Shown piece after piece: positions 1 to 11,807 of a stretch of 64,000 nt of DNA. The notes below the pieces were generated by a model. That model saw only the letters and a list, made by a program, of their open reading frames with translations, was not told where the DNA came from and did no database searches. The position numbers and the translations under genes are program-made. Positions within the stretch are counted from its first letter, which is position 1. The number at the start of each line of letters is the position of its first letter. Source of the stretch: Macrostomum lignano (Eukaryota); assembly GCA_002269645.1 (NCBI GenBank), contig NIVC01000268.1:186001-250000 (forward strand). Reading direction: 5' to 3'.

Positions 1-1653
1 AAATGTACATACGCTGGTATACATTATGCTATCGTTTATCATATTCACAGTTGGTTTTATTTTAATAACGAGCTCGTAACAATATAATTTTAACCAGAAT
101 TGTCTCCGGTATAACGCTTTAAAAGATTTCTTTTAACCTATTCTTACACTATAGTTAAAGTATAAATCTTTTTTAGTCTTTTAGTTGTTTGATTCTTATT
201 TTACACGTAAAAATAAACCAGCTTCTTCACAATGAGCCAGAAATTTTGTTCTTCGTTTTTTGCTTTCAATCAGTCACCAGGCAACTACTGCATGGACTCT
301 TTCGGATACTGCTAATACTGCGATCTTACGTAGCAAAGATTACGCTCGTACTCGTACATTTAGGATCTAATTATCATTTCGACGCTCAAAGTTAAGCCCT
401 TCGGATTAACAATATGCGGATACACTCAGCAACGTGTTAAAGTTGCCATCCCGAAGGCAGATGTTCATTATTGGGACTGGAACTGCGCGTGGTAGCTTTA
501 TTCCAACTCAATTAGGCCATAACTCTCCATTCTATCAATAGCTCTCCTCACCAGTACAGCCTAAGCACACAGGGCCTTGTGACGCAAATCGCATTACCCT
601 GAGATCACTTGGGTGGAAACTTTAACAGCTGTTGCTGAGTGTAAATAATTCAATAGTAATTAGCGAGAGAGAGGCCTCGTCCAACTTTGAGCCACATCGG
701 CAACTCATAATACGATTGTATACCTATCAGGCCGTGTAATTTGGCAAAATCGTCAGATCAATTTAATATTACCAACAATTTATTAATGATGGAATGAGCA
801 AAGTGGCAGATAGATGATTAAGGTCACGTGATGACAATTGCTACATACACGAAAGCTTAATTAGGGGGAACCAGCTATAGACGGGGCAAAGACAAAGGGA
901 AGCGAACAGTGTGCATGTTGCTAGTGCTCGTACATGATATCAGTGGACCCACGCTACCTACGAGTTTGCTTGCAAGCTCTTCCTCGCGGTGTCTCATGCT
1001 CGAGGGCGTAGTAACCAGGATCGACGGAAGCGAATGCCGTTTTGGGAAAACTTAAAGCGGACTAGCTGCGCCAATTTGCATCAAATATAGAGGTTGAGAT
1101 TGGACAGTTCTGCTTTTATTACATGAACATTTTATCACATCGATTTTAGAATTTAATGCAGTTTCTGTCAAAATGACAGCTCAGCTTTCTGAATGTTTAT
1201 TAAGTATTTATTTTTATCTTCACGAATTGTCAGAGATTAGTTGTAATATTTGAGATGTGCTTCTTTAAGTAGCTATGCTTCTTTTTGAAGCGTGAGAACA
1301 CAAGCGCGCGGATACGTACGCCGTCATGCGCACAGGCATACTTGTGGTGTCTCGATCCCACAATCGATACCACAATTTATCGATTTTACGGAAAAGCCGC
1401 GAATAATTAGGCAAGTAAGAATTCGGCCAAAAAGTACGCTCCACTAGGGCGACAACCGGCCCCGCGCTTATATTTTGCATCCAAACATGAATTATTGCAC
1501 GATCGATAAATTTGGCATCACAAAAAAGTATTAATTGTTTGCGTAAAATTTACGTTGACGCCTACTTACAGTAGAGTAGTAAGAAAAATCCCGATTAGTT
1601 ATGTAGTAAAACGGCCCTTTTAAGGGCTCTCTTGTCTCGACGCAACAACATTC

Positions 1654-1884
1654 ACACAGGCGTGTACAGCGGCCCTAACTTTATTTATCGGTAGGCATGT
1701 ACAGTTGTACACTTAGGCATGTACATGTACTGCGCCTTGGGGGTTGGCCCTCAATGGCGTTAATTGCCCAAACAGACCCAAGCTGAGATTCCAATTTAGC
1801 TCCAAATTAATGTGACTGCACTTGGAATCGAGCCTGGGTCGCTGGCACATAAAAGCGCCGCGCTGGACCACTGGGTTGCGGCCC
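1654..1884 (-). mobile_element. tRNA-derived SINE, family A (3' truncated copy)
   Basis: Reverse strand has an A-box-like CCCAGTGGTCCAGCG and B-box GGCTCGATTCC; body aligns with the copies at 8740-9007 and 14787-15152. Confidence 0.8.
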
Positions 1885-2089
1885 TCTTTAGGCTTGGGGC
1901 TTTGGTGGCTGATCGAAAACCCTTTGCCAGCAGCTGAAGAGCTCTCGAGAGTGACGTGAGCAATCTTCATCCGCCCGGAGTTCCGGACGAATGTGCCATA
2001 AGGCACGGATCCGGTCCGGGTTGGTCAGCTCGTCCAACCTTATAGAGATTAGCCGAGGTGATGTCTCCGCGCTTCGTTGAAGTTCCACA

Positions 2090-2560
2090 CAAAAGAGGTT
2101 AGGGAAGGAACCACTTCGTAGTAAGGTATGTCTCTAAGGTCAGTTTTTTTAAGGAGATCCGGTATTCGGATACTTTGCGATTCATAGCAGGCATCGCAAA
2201 GCTGGCTCGCATTTTCCGATATACTCGGAGCAGCAATTCCAGAGAAGATGGTTTCGATGGCTCAGGCAATTGTGAATCGCGCGGCTTACAGGTGATTTTC
2301 TTGGCAGACAGCTTGAGTGGTGCGCACTAATTTGGCGAGTTGATCCACCAGCTCGTTGCCAAATATGTCACTGCACTGTACCTTGATTACGTTGATCATA
2401 TTGAGGATTGCCAGGTTTTGCAAGCTTTTGAAACAGTCCGAGAATGACTTGGTTGATAGCTTGATAGAGGACAAGGCATTATACGCTCGTATAGCGGTCT
2501 GCATGGCTATCGGAGAGTGTCAAAGTTGGGAAAAATCGACATTGACTGGTTTCCTTTAAT
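2090..2560 (-). mobile_element. degenerate non-LTR retrotransposon fragment (RNase H plus CCHC-like 3' region)
   Basis: Minus-strand translation with frameshifts gives SDS..QTAIRA..LSSIKLSTKSFSDCFKSLQNL..IKVQCSDIFGNELVDQLAK, resembling the LINE RNase H pattern (DSQ.AL...ECR..L..L...V.GH.GI.GNE.AD.LAK), followed by HLLWNC. Confidence 0.5.
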
Positions 2561-2813
2561 TGGAAACCAGTCAATTGGACTGAAACGTATGATTGGTATA
2601 GAAGCAATATGTAGTCAAAAAGTTGTAATTTTATTATTTTTACCATAAAATCAGACGCCACAAGACGGTATGAAAAATGCAAATAAACAAATATACAACC
2701 TTGAATTTTCTCATCATGTGATAAAATAGTAACTACGTAACGTCGTACAACAGCTTAAAAATACTTTACTCAAAAGTTAACTTACTTTACTTTCAGAAGA
2801 ACACCAACTATCT

Positions 2814-3250
2814 TGAGAAGGACACCATTTACTTTGAGGACACCATTTTCTCTAAGAAGGACACAAATTCCTTTGAAAAGGACACAAATTCCTTTGAGAA
2901 GGACACAAATTCCTTTGAGAAGGACACAATTTCCTTTGAGAAGGACACCATTTCCTTTGAGGACACTATTTCCTTTGAGAAGGACACCAATTCTTTTGAG
3001 GACACCATTTAATTGAGAAGGACACCAATTCTTTTGAGGACACCATTTCCTTTGAGAAGGAAACCAATTCTTTTAAGGACACCATTTCCTTTGAGAAGGA
3101 CACCAATTCTTTTGAGGACACCATTTCCTTTGAGAAGGACACCAATTCTTTTGAGGACACCATTTCCTTTGAGAAGGACACCAATTCTTTTGAGAAGGAC
3201 ACCGTTTCCTTTGAGAAGGACACCATTTCACTTGAGAAGGAGACCAAGGT
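2814..3250 (+). repeat. 21-bp minisatellite GAGAAGGACACCATTTCCTTT (intron 2 of the C11orf54 homolog)
   Basis: About 20 tandem units read directly. Confidence 0.95.
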
Positions 3251-3771
3251 AAACACTTATATTCTCTACTCACCCGAGAACTCTTTGGCGAGCGCTCGTT
3301 GCAGCAGCTCCGCCAGGCGGCCTCTTGTCTTGGCCGCCGACTCATCTGGTGTCGCAGCCTCCGGACGCCATCGAGAAGCTCGCAGCCGAAGGACTGGGCC
3401 GTCAGTCTGGCCGCTGGAGCACAAAGAGTCCACCATAAGACCGGCCTCGGCAAAATCTGGCCTGCTCAACCGACAATTAGCCAGATTTTCAGTGCCATTG
3501 TCTTCACCATCAGCTCGGAGGCTGGCCACCCGACATCCGTTGCCTAGCGGGCCCAGGTTGGCCACGAGCTCAGCGTTGCGCCCAAATCTGGTCGACGAAG
3601 CAGCGCCAGCGCCGATGATGAGACCGTCAAGATGGCCGGTCGCTTTCAGCAAGTTGCGCAGGTCGTAGCGTCTGAAAATTTAGAGTTAACTAATTGATTT
3701 TCACTGTATATATTTTCACTGTGCTAACTATCAAGGTCAAAAGAAAATATCATTCTCAAAGAAATCCTGTC

Positions 3772-4228
3772 TTCAAAGGAAACGGTGTCCTTCTCAAAGG
3801 AAACGGTGTCCTTCTCAAAGGAAACGGTGTCCTTCTCAAAGGAAATGGTGTCCTTCTAAAAAAAAACGGTGTCCTTCTCAAAGGAAACGGTGTCCTTCTT
3901 AAAGGAAATGGTGTCCTTCTCAAAGGAAATGATGTCCTTCTTAAAGGAAACGGTGTCATTCTCAAAGGAAATGGTGTCATTCTCAAAGGAATTGGTGTCC
4001 TTCTTAAAGGAAATGGTGTCCTTCTCAAAGGAAATGATGTCCTTCTTAAAGGAAACGGTGTCCTTCTCAAAGGAAATGGTGTCATTCTCAAAGGAATTGG
4101 TGTCCTTCTCAAAGGAAATGGTGTCATTCTCAAAGGAATTGGTGTCCTTCTCAAAGGAAGTGGTGTCCTTCTCAAAGGAAATGGTGTCCTTCTCAAAGGA
4201 AATTTCTCTTTCTCAAAGGAATTGGTGT
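3772..4228 (-). repeat. 21-bp minisatellite AAAGGAAATGGTGTCCTTCTC, inverted relative to 2814-3250 (intron 1)
   Basis: Unit is the exact reverse complement of the 2814-3250 unit. Confidence 0.95.
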
Positions 4229-4535
4229 CCAAATCAGGGCAAAACAAAGGTGGGAGGATAAAAGTACAAGTGGTGAATGGTCATAGGCAAAATCTAGAAA
4301 GTAGAATTTTCCGGACGACTTAGATCCGACAATATCCTTTCAAGTCAAGTCAGACGTCAATTACCTGTACGTACACCATACTTATAAAGTTACGTCATTA
4401 TACCATACCAAACGTTACCATACTTTAAAGTACAAGTAGTAAATGCAGACAGTAGACTCAGTCAGTAAAGTAACAAACGGTTTCATGTACAGAATGCATA
4501 TCCTTGTTGATCCTTAAGCACACTCAAGAATGACC

Positions 4536-4804
4536 TAATGGGCAGATGTGCCACCGACAGCTCAGCCGCAGCCATTGCACGGCGCATCTGAAGGCTGCGT
4601 ACGGCTGTTCAGTCCAAGGACTGGGGGGTCGCCACATACCGTCAATTAACCCAGCTAATGCTGGTACCAATTTTACAGCTGGGTGAATGCAGAGTTTTAA
4701 GTATCTTGCTCAAGGACACAAATTGTTTTGAGTGGGTCGAGATTCGAACCCCGGCCTTAAAGTTGTGAGTCCGACGCTCTAGCTAACCGCTAGGCTGCAA
4801 CCCC
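4536..4804 (-). mobile_element. tRNA-derived SINE, family B (CORE-like central domain)
   Basis: A box TAGCCTAGCGG, B box GGTTCGAATC, central TGTGTCCTTGAGCAAG..CTGTAAAAT; homologous to 11115, 35823 and 46595. Confidence 0.85.
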
Positions 4805-5699
4805 ATGTTGCACGCGTACAGTTACGCCGTCACAGGACTCACAGTCAGTCTTTGAATTGGGTATGTGACCCCATGCAATGGGCATGAATAATCCAATAAC
4901 AAGCTAATTAAGGCGGAATCGAACCCACATGGTTGAGTGCCAAACCTTTGCTCCACCTGAGGCGTCGGCAGCAGATACGGCACCCCGCCAGCTATAGAAG
5001 CACAGGGCCGCTGTTCTCTCCTCCGCCGCCGCAGATGCCTCGGCCGGCCAGGCAAAACGGAGGCTCGGACAAATCCGGACAGCTGTCAATTAACTCAACG
5101 CTAGCGTCTTCGAAAGCGTCTCGACAGGCTCGATCGAGGCAGTCAGCCACGGCCGCTAGGTCGGGCCGGTGAAGTCGGAAGCAACGAAACGGAGGCTCCA
5201 TGATTATTGATTTGTTTAAAAGGCTTCGCTTAAAATCTTTGCTTTCAAGAATAGTTTCCGTGCAATTCTCGAGGCACCGGCTAAAAGTGGCTATTTAGGA
5301 AGCTTGTTAAATCACTGCCCTGTAATTTACAATTTATACGCATACGAACTTAACTGGGGTGTGTATAGTTACATGCATTAGATAAGAGCTAGCTGCGTGG
5401 GATACATTTTAGTACGCTAGTGTATTGCTATTCATTTTTGGCAAGGCTTCTTAGCGATAACACATACGTGCGTGTTCAAGCATAGAGCTAGAGGTATAAT
5501 GTAAGAGTGGAATCCCTAAACGTAAAATTTACTTGTAATGTAAAGTGTCCTTCATACGAGTACTTGTAGGAGTTTCTTTCTGAAAGTAGTAGCACACATA
5601 CAAAAACTAAACTAAATCGGCAAGACTGCACGAAATGCATACTAGTAATTTCTCAAATATTTGTTCGCACTTGGTTTTTGTCTGTTTCATGTACAGAAG

Positions 5700-7570
5700 T
5701 AACACCAAGGTGTCAGGAATGCTGAGGTGTCTCAGAGTAGTACCAAGGTGTCTGGTGTCTCAGAGTAGTACCAAGGTGTCTGGTGTCTCAGAGTAGTACC
5801 AAGGTGTCTGGTGTCTCAGAGTAGTACCAAGATATCTCCAGGGTGTCTCAGAGTAGTACCAAGGTGTCTGGTGTCTCAGAGTAGTACCAAGATATCTCCA
5901 GGGTGTCTCAGAGTAGTACCAAGGTGTCTGGTGTCTCAGAGTAATACCAAGATATCTCCAGGGTGTCTCAGAGTAGTACCAAGGTGTCTGGTGTCTCAGA
6001 GTAGTACCAAGATATCTCCAGGGTGTCTCAGAGTAGTACCAAGATATCTCCAGGGTGTCTCAGAGTAGTACCAAGATATCTCCAGGGTGTCTCAGAGTAG
6101 TACCAAGGTGTCTGGTGTCTCAGAGTAGTACCAAGGTGTCATGAGTGCTGAAGGTGTCTTAATGTAGTACCAAGATATCTGGTGTCTCAGAGTAGTACCA
6201 AGATATCTCCAGGGTGTTTCAGAGTAGTACCAAGGTGTCTGGTGTCTCAGAGTATTACCAACGTGTCTGGTGTCTCAGAGTAGTACCAAGGTGTCTGGTG
6301 TCTCAGAGTAGTACCAAGGTGTCTGCTGTCTCAGAGTATTACCAACGTGTCTGGTGTCTCAGAGTAGTACCAAGGTGTCTGGTGTCTCAGAGTAGTACCA
6401 AGGTGTCTGGTGTCTCAGAGTAGTACCAAGGTGTCTGCTGTCTCAGAGTAGTACCAAAATGTCTGGTGTCTCAGAGTAGTACCAAGATGTCTCCAGGGTG
6501 TCTCAGAGTAGTACCAAGGTGTCTGGTGTCTCAGAGTAGTACCAAGATATCTCCAGGGTGTCTCAGAGTAGTACCAAGGTGTCTGGTGTCTCAGAGTAAT
6601 ACTAAGATATCTCCAGGGTGTCTCAGAGTAGTACCAAGGTGTCTGGTGTCTCAGAGTAGTACCAAGGTATCTGGTGTCTCAGAGTAGTACCAAGGTGTCT
6701 GGTGTCTCAGAGTAGTACCAAGGTATCTGGTGTCTCAGAGTAGTACCAATATATCTCCAGGGTGTCTCAGAGTAGTACCAAGATATCTCCAGGGTGTCTC
6801 AGAGTAGTACCAAGGTGTCTGGTGTCTCAGAGTAGTACCAAGGTGTCATGAGTGCTGAAGGTGTCTTAATGTAGTACCAAGATATCTTCAGGGTGTCTCA
6901 GAGTAGTACCAAGATATCTCCAGGGTGTCTCAGAGTAGTACCAAGATATCTCCAGGGTGTCTCAGAGTAGTACCAAGGTGTCTGGTGTCTCAGAGTAATA
7001 CCAAGATATCTCCAGGGTGTCTCAGAGTAGTACCAAGGTGTCTGCTGTCTCAGAGTAGTACCAAGATATCTCCAGGGTGTCTCAGAGTAGTACCAAGGTA
7101 TCTGGTGTCTCAGAGTAGTACCAAGGTGTCTGGTGTCTCAGAGTAGTACCAAGGTATCTGGTGTCTCAGAGTAGTACCAAGGTGTCTGGTGTCTCAGAGT
7201 AGTACCAAGGTATCTGGTGTCTCAGAGTAGTACCAAGATATCTCCAGGGTGTCTCAGAGTAGTACCAAGATATCTCCAGGGTGTCTCAGAGTAGTACCAA
7301 GGTGTCTGGTGTCTCAGAGTAGTACCAAGGTGTCATGAGTGCTGAAGGTGTCTTAATGTAGTACCAAGATATCTTCAGGGTGTTTTAGAGTAGTACCAAG
7401 ATATCTCCAGGGTGTCTCAGAGTAGTACCAAGATATCTCCAGGGTGTCTCAGAGTAGTACCAAGATATCTCCAGGGTGTCTCAGAATAGTATCAAGATAT
7501 CTCCAGGGTGTCTCAGAGTAGTACCAAGATATTTGGTGTCTCAGAGTAGTACCAAGATATCTGGTGTCTT
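5700..7570. repeat. 28/32-bp minisatellite GTGTCTCAGAGTAGTACCAAG(GTGTCTG/ATATCTCCAGG) with higher-order structure
   Basis: About 60 units; a distinct variant CATGAGTGCTGAAGGTGTCTTAATG recurs near 6140, 6847 and 7335. Confidence 0.95.
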
Positions 7571-7802
7571 GTAAAAAAGGAAAAGAGAAGCCAGTCAAAC
7601 AAAATCAGTTTCAATCCAGGCCAAAGATTCACTCGAAACAAACCAACCAGCCAAACGGCCGATAGCCAATTTGTTATTTTATTAATGTTCTCCTACCCTC
7701 AAAAAGCATTAACCAGACAATAGCGTGAAACGAGTTCCAAAAATCTCAGATTTCAAAGCAAACTTCTCCGCAGGTTAGCCATTGGTGACAGAGACCGCTC
7801 GC

Positions 7803-10128
7803 TCACTTGCGGGTGACAGCCAGGCGGCGGTCGCGCTCCTCGGCGATGCTCAGCTTGACGCCTTTGCCGCGCGGCAGCGACACCCAGGGCTGGTTGCCCT
7901 TGCCAATGACGAAGACGTTGCTCTCCCTAGTGGCGAAGGTGTGGCCAAGCGAGTCCTTCACGTGCACAATGTCAAAGTCCGGGTGACGCTCCTTGTGGGT
8001 GATGACGCCAACTCGGCCGGTGTTGGCGCCGCCGGTGATCATGCACAGGTTGCCGGGCTCGAACTTCACGAAGTCGATGATCTTGCCGGTGGCCAGGTCC
8101 ACCCTGATCGTGTCGTTGACCTTCACCATCGGGTCCGGGTACCGGATGGTGCGGGCGTCGTGCGTGTTGAGCAGCGGCACGTTGCCATGGGCGGTGGCCA
8201 CCCTGCGGTGATGTGTGCCAGCTTTGTGAACTTATTATCGATACATATCAGTAGCTTTAGTGACTACAAGGTAGAGGAGAGACGAGAGATAAGAGAGTAG
8301 AGATGAGAGATGATAGTGGAGGGAGGAGAGAATAGGGGAGAGGTCCCTTCGTAGGGAGGAGAGACAAGCGATAAAAGGGAGAGGAGAGATGAGAATTGAT
8401 AGATAAGAGAGTAGAGATGGGAGAGGAGCGATGAGAACAGAGAGGAGAGAGGAGTCAGAAAAAGTCTCAGTCTGAGGCAGTCAATTTCTGCACACAGGGA
8501 AAGCAAGATATGATACTTAAATTTGAGATGTTTTATAGAGAAGTTGGAGAGGATTCAGCTGATGGATTTCAGGGAATGGGATTCTGGCGATTGGAGTTTA
8601 CTACTGGTAGCTTGAGTACTACACTCTCTGTGCCCTCAATTTGGTGCCAACTTCAGCTTCGTTAAGTTGATGGTGCAGCACAAATTGAGAAACTTCCTAT
8701 GGACGAAAACTTTTTTGTAATTTTGTAATTCACATCGGGGGGGGCATAGCCCAGTGGTCCAGCGCGGCGCTCTGATATGCCAGCGGCCCGGGCTCGATTC
8801 CAAGTGCAGTTGCATTAATTTGGGGCTAAACTGGAATCTCAGCTTGGCTCTGCTTGTGCAATTAACGGCCTTGAGGCCAACCCCAGGGCACAGTGAAGTG
8901 TACATGCCTAACGATAAATAAAGTTAGGGCCGCTGTACACTCCTGTGTGTGTGCCTGCTCAGGGGGAGTCGGCGGAATGGGCAGCAATGCCTCTCGCCGG
9001 TTGTGTGACAAAGCTAAACGAACTCTCCCACCCCGCTCACCTGCGCACGCGGCACAGCTTATACTTGGCCTCCTCCGGGGTGATCGCGTGCAAGGCGAAG
9101 CGACCCTTCACATCGTAGATCAGGCGGTAGTTCTCGCCAGTCCGCTCGATGCTGATGACGTCCATGAAGCCGGCCGGGAATCGCTTGTCCGTGCGGACGC
9201 GGGCGTCCACCTGAGCAGGGCGCCAAGACGGGGGACATCTTTATAGCCAACCTGATCTGACACCGAAGTCAAATTCATGCACCTCTTGACACGTGTCAAA
9301 GCGGCTTTACTTGACATGTGTCAAATTTTTTTTAATGTTTGTCATCTCTGTCTTTTATTCGGCCTACACTTTTTTACCTCCAATATGATCTATTAACAAC
9401 CCGGTCTCATTCCTTCCGCCCTCTAATCTCACCCGTTCCACTCTCTAAAATAATCCCTTTTGTCCTCTAATATCACCCTTCCACCCTCCAAGCTTACCCT
9501 TTCCACCCTCAAATCTCACCCTTTCCACGCTCCAATCTCACCAGTTCCCGCCCTCCAATCTCACCAGTTCCCGCCCTCCAATCTCATCCTTTCCACCCTC
9601 TAATCTCACCAGCTCCGCCCAGCAACCTCACCAGTTCCGCCCAGCAACCTCACCAGTTCCGCCCAGCAACCTCACCAGTTCCGCCCAGCAACCTCACCAG
9701 TTCCGCCCAGCAACCTCACCAGTTCCGCCCTCCAATCTCACCCCTTCCGCCTTCCAATCTCACCCTTTCCATCATCCAATCTCACGCCTTCCGCCCTCCA
9801 ATCTCACCCATCTCCTCATTTATCTCCTCTCATCCCATCTCGATATATTATTTTTATCACTACAATCTCTGCCTCTTCCAAAAGAAAACAGCGAGCGAGA
9901 GACGAGACTCACCTTAATAGAGCGCTGCGCCAGAATCTTGGTGGTCTCCTTGTAAGTGAGCGCGTACTTCAGCCGGTTGCGCAGGAACAGGCACAGCGGC
10001 AGGCATTCGCGCATTTTGTGCGGCCCAGCGGCCGGCTTGGGGGCGAAGCAGCCGGACATTTTGTCCAGCATCCAGTGCCGGGGGGCGTTCACCCGCTTCA
10101 GGTGCTTCTTCAGGCCGCGTACACCCAT
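7803..10128 (-). CDS. RPS4: 40S ribosomal protein S4 (eS4); join(9913-10128, 9041-9210, 7803-8202), 261 aa
   Basis: [33 protein letters not shown] and [16 protein letters not shown]. Canonical GT-AG sites; 786 nt in frame; AATAAA about 120 nt downstream. Confidence 0.97.
8740..9007 (+). mobile_element. SINE family A copy in RPS4 intron 2
   Basis: GGGCATAGCCCAGTGGTCCAGCG..GGGCTCGATTCC head; body matches the other two copies. Confidence 0.85.
9410..9812. repeat. about 22-bp C-rich minisatellite CCGCCC(AGCAACC/TCCAATC)TCACCAGTT in RPS4 intron 1
   Basis: Tandem units read directly. Confidence 0.9.
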
Positions 10129-10463
10129 GACTGGCTACTGATGGAGCTGAAGGTTTAGTAGTGAGTGGAGCGCATATTCATTTTAGAACGAACTAGCACA
10201 GATTTAGATAAATACAAGAATACATTACAAGTACAAGGACAAAATTGGACATGGGAGCAGATTAATTAATTGATTGTTACACAAGCCATAAAAAATATGC
10301 TAAATGAATAAAATGACTAATTTATAGTCCAGATAATATATTTACTTGTTTGATCAGAGTATCAATTAACATCATTGGTACAAAGATATTTGAGATGCCT
10401 ATTAATAATATATACATGATTGCTAATCGATTTTGTAAACAAATAAATGCAATACTAATAATA

Positions 10464-11086
10464 CGAGGGTTGTCCCAGAAATAGTGGGAAAAACTGGTAC
10501 AGAGGCTGACTATGACATTCGAATTTGATGCAACTTGCGTCATAAGTAGAAAAAAATCCAACGGTTGTTTTGCTTTTTAAATGGGGTAAAATGTCAATTC
10601 ATTCAAAAGTTGTGTCTATAAATAGAACAAAGGGTAGGGGTAGAGTTACACCAAGTCGAGGGGTCTGCAAAGTTGGTCACGCAGCATCGCCATTGCCCTT
10701 AACTGATGACTTTTCAACAAAGTCACCCCTCAGCCTGCAGCTGTTCTGCTTCTGCTTCAGATTAGCTTCTGCTTTTTTGAGAGCTTATGTGCTCTCTTGT
10801 TTCTCTTCAGCTTCTTTGTTTGCTTTTGTTTTTGAATCGATGGTTCTGACTAAACATCAAAAGTTTAGTCTATGGTTAGCAGTAGGCTCGATTTGGTTTA
10901 ACTCTATATCCCCTTTCCATTGTTTAAATTATAGGCACAACTTTTAAATCAATTGACCTTTTTACCCCATTTAAAAAGCAAAACAACCATTGGATTTTTT
11001 AAACTTATGACACAAGTTGCATCAATTTTGAATATCATAATCAGCCTCTGTACTGGTTTTTCTTGCTATTTCTGGGACAACCCTTG
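10464..11086. mobile_element. Tc1/mariner-type MITE (about 195-bp TIRs, TA TSD)
   Basis: TA|CGAGGGTTGTCCCAGAAA ... TTTCTGGGACAACCCTTG|TA; second copy at 38328-38953 in the opposite orientation. Confidence 0.9.
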
Positions 11087-11114
11087 TATTAATAATAATT
11101 GATAACAAAATTGC

Positions 11115-11396
11115 CATAATGGGCAGATTTGCAACTGACAGCTTAGCAACAGCTATTGCATAGCATATCTAAAGGCTGCATATGGCTATTCAATCTAAGG
11201 ACTAGGGGGAGGGGAGGGGCACCACATAGCCTCAATTATCCCAGCTAATGCTAGCAACTATTTTATAGCTAGGTAAGCTGAAACAATATAGAATTAAGTG
11301 TCTTGCTCAAGGACACAATTTTTTCAGTTGGATTAGGAATTGAACCCACAATCTTCAAGTTGTGAGTCCAACACTTTAACTATTAGACTATAACCC
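11115..11396 (-). mobile_element. SINE family B, heavily C-to-T/G-to-A mutated copy
   Basis: Aligns end to end with the 35823 and 46595 copies, almost only via C>T and G>A changes. Confidence 0.85.
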
Positions 11397-11807
11397 ATCC
11401 ATTGGAACACTATCCAATGGACAAAAACACTAGGGCCTATGCTTTTATAAGTTTTATTAAGATAAGCCAACTATAAAATTATCAGTGCAAGTGCAACTAG
11501 GAACAGTTGTTTAACTATTTAGCCATAATAGCCATAACATATGTAGACAAAACACTTATTTAGCTATTTCAGAGACAAACTAGCAAAAAGCAAACTGACT
11601 ATATATTAGGCCTAAAAGTAGGCCTATAAACTTTTAATTTAGAGTTTCAAGTGCTATAACTTGATATATAGCTTGTAGGCTTGAACAATTTCATGGTAGG
11701 CCTAAACAAATAAACAAAATACCAAAACATATTTTCTGCATATAATATATATTAGAAGACAATATATACTATAATAAACAAATCTATTTGTCATATATAA
11801 TTATAAA

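Larger units (their letters stand above)
3274..5201 (-). pseudogene. C11orf54: C11orf54 (ester hydrolase PTD012) homolog; exons 4946-5201 and 3274-3671; frameshift near 4992; 3' exon not found
   Basis: HRPDLAAVADCL..SCPDLSEPPFCLAGRGICG, GGVPYLLP, YDL, LIIGAGA and SSGQTDGPVLRLRASR match human C11orf54 in order. Splice sites AG|GTTTGG, TTTTCAG|A and G|GTGAGT are phase-compatible. One base is missing between PVLL and IAGGVPYLLP (could be an assembly indel). Confidence 0.8.

Noticed and set aside
940-1000. Possible first exon MRHREEELASKL|GTAGGT of a further minus-strand gene
   Set aside because: No recognisable homology and no consistent downstream exon in 1-900.
1940-2010. PYGTFVRNSGRMKIAHV, resembling C11orf54 GGTFIIQKGKVKSHI as a missing exon 3
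   Set aside because: There is an in-frame stop just upstream, no phase-compatible acceptor, and no downstream His cluster.
4900-4945. GGTTCGATTCC B-box suggesting a tRNA gene (likewise all SINE heads)
   Set aside because: No complete cloverleaf; it is a SINE-like fragment.
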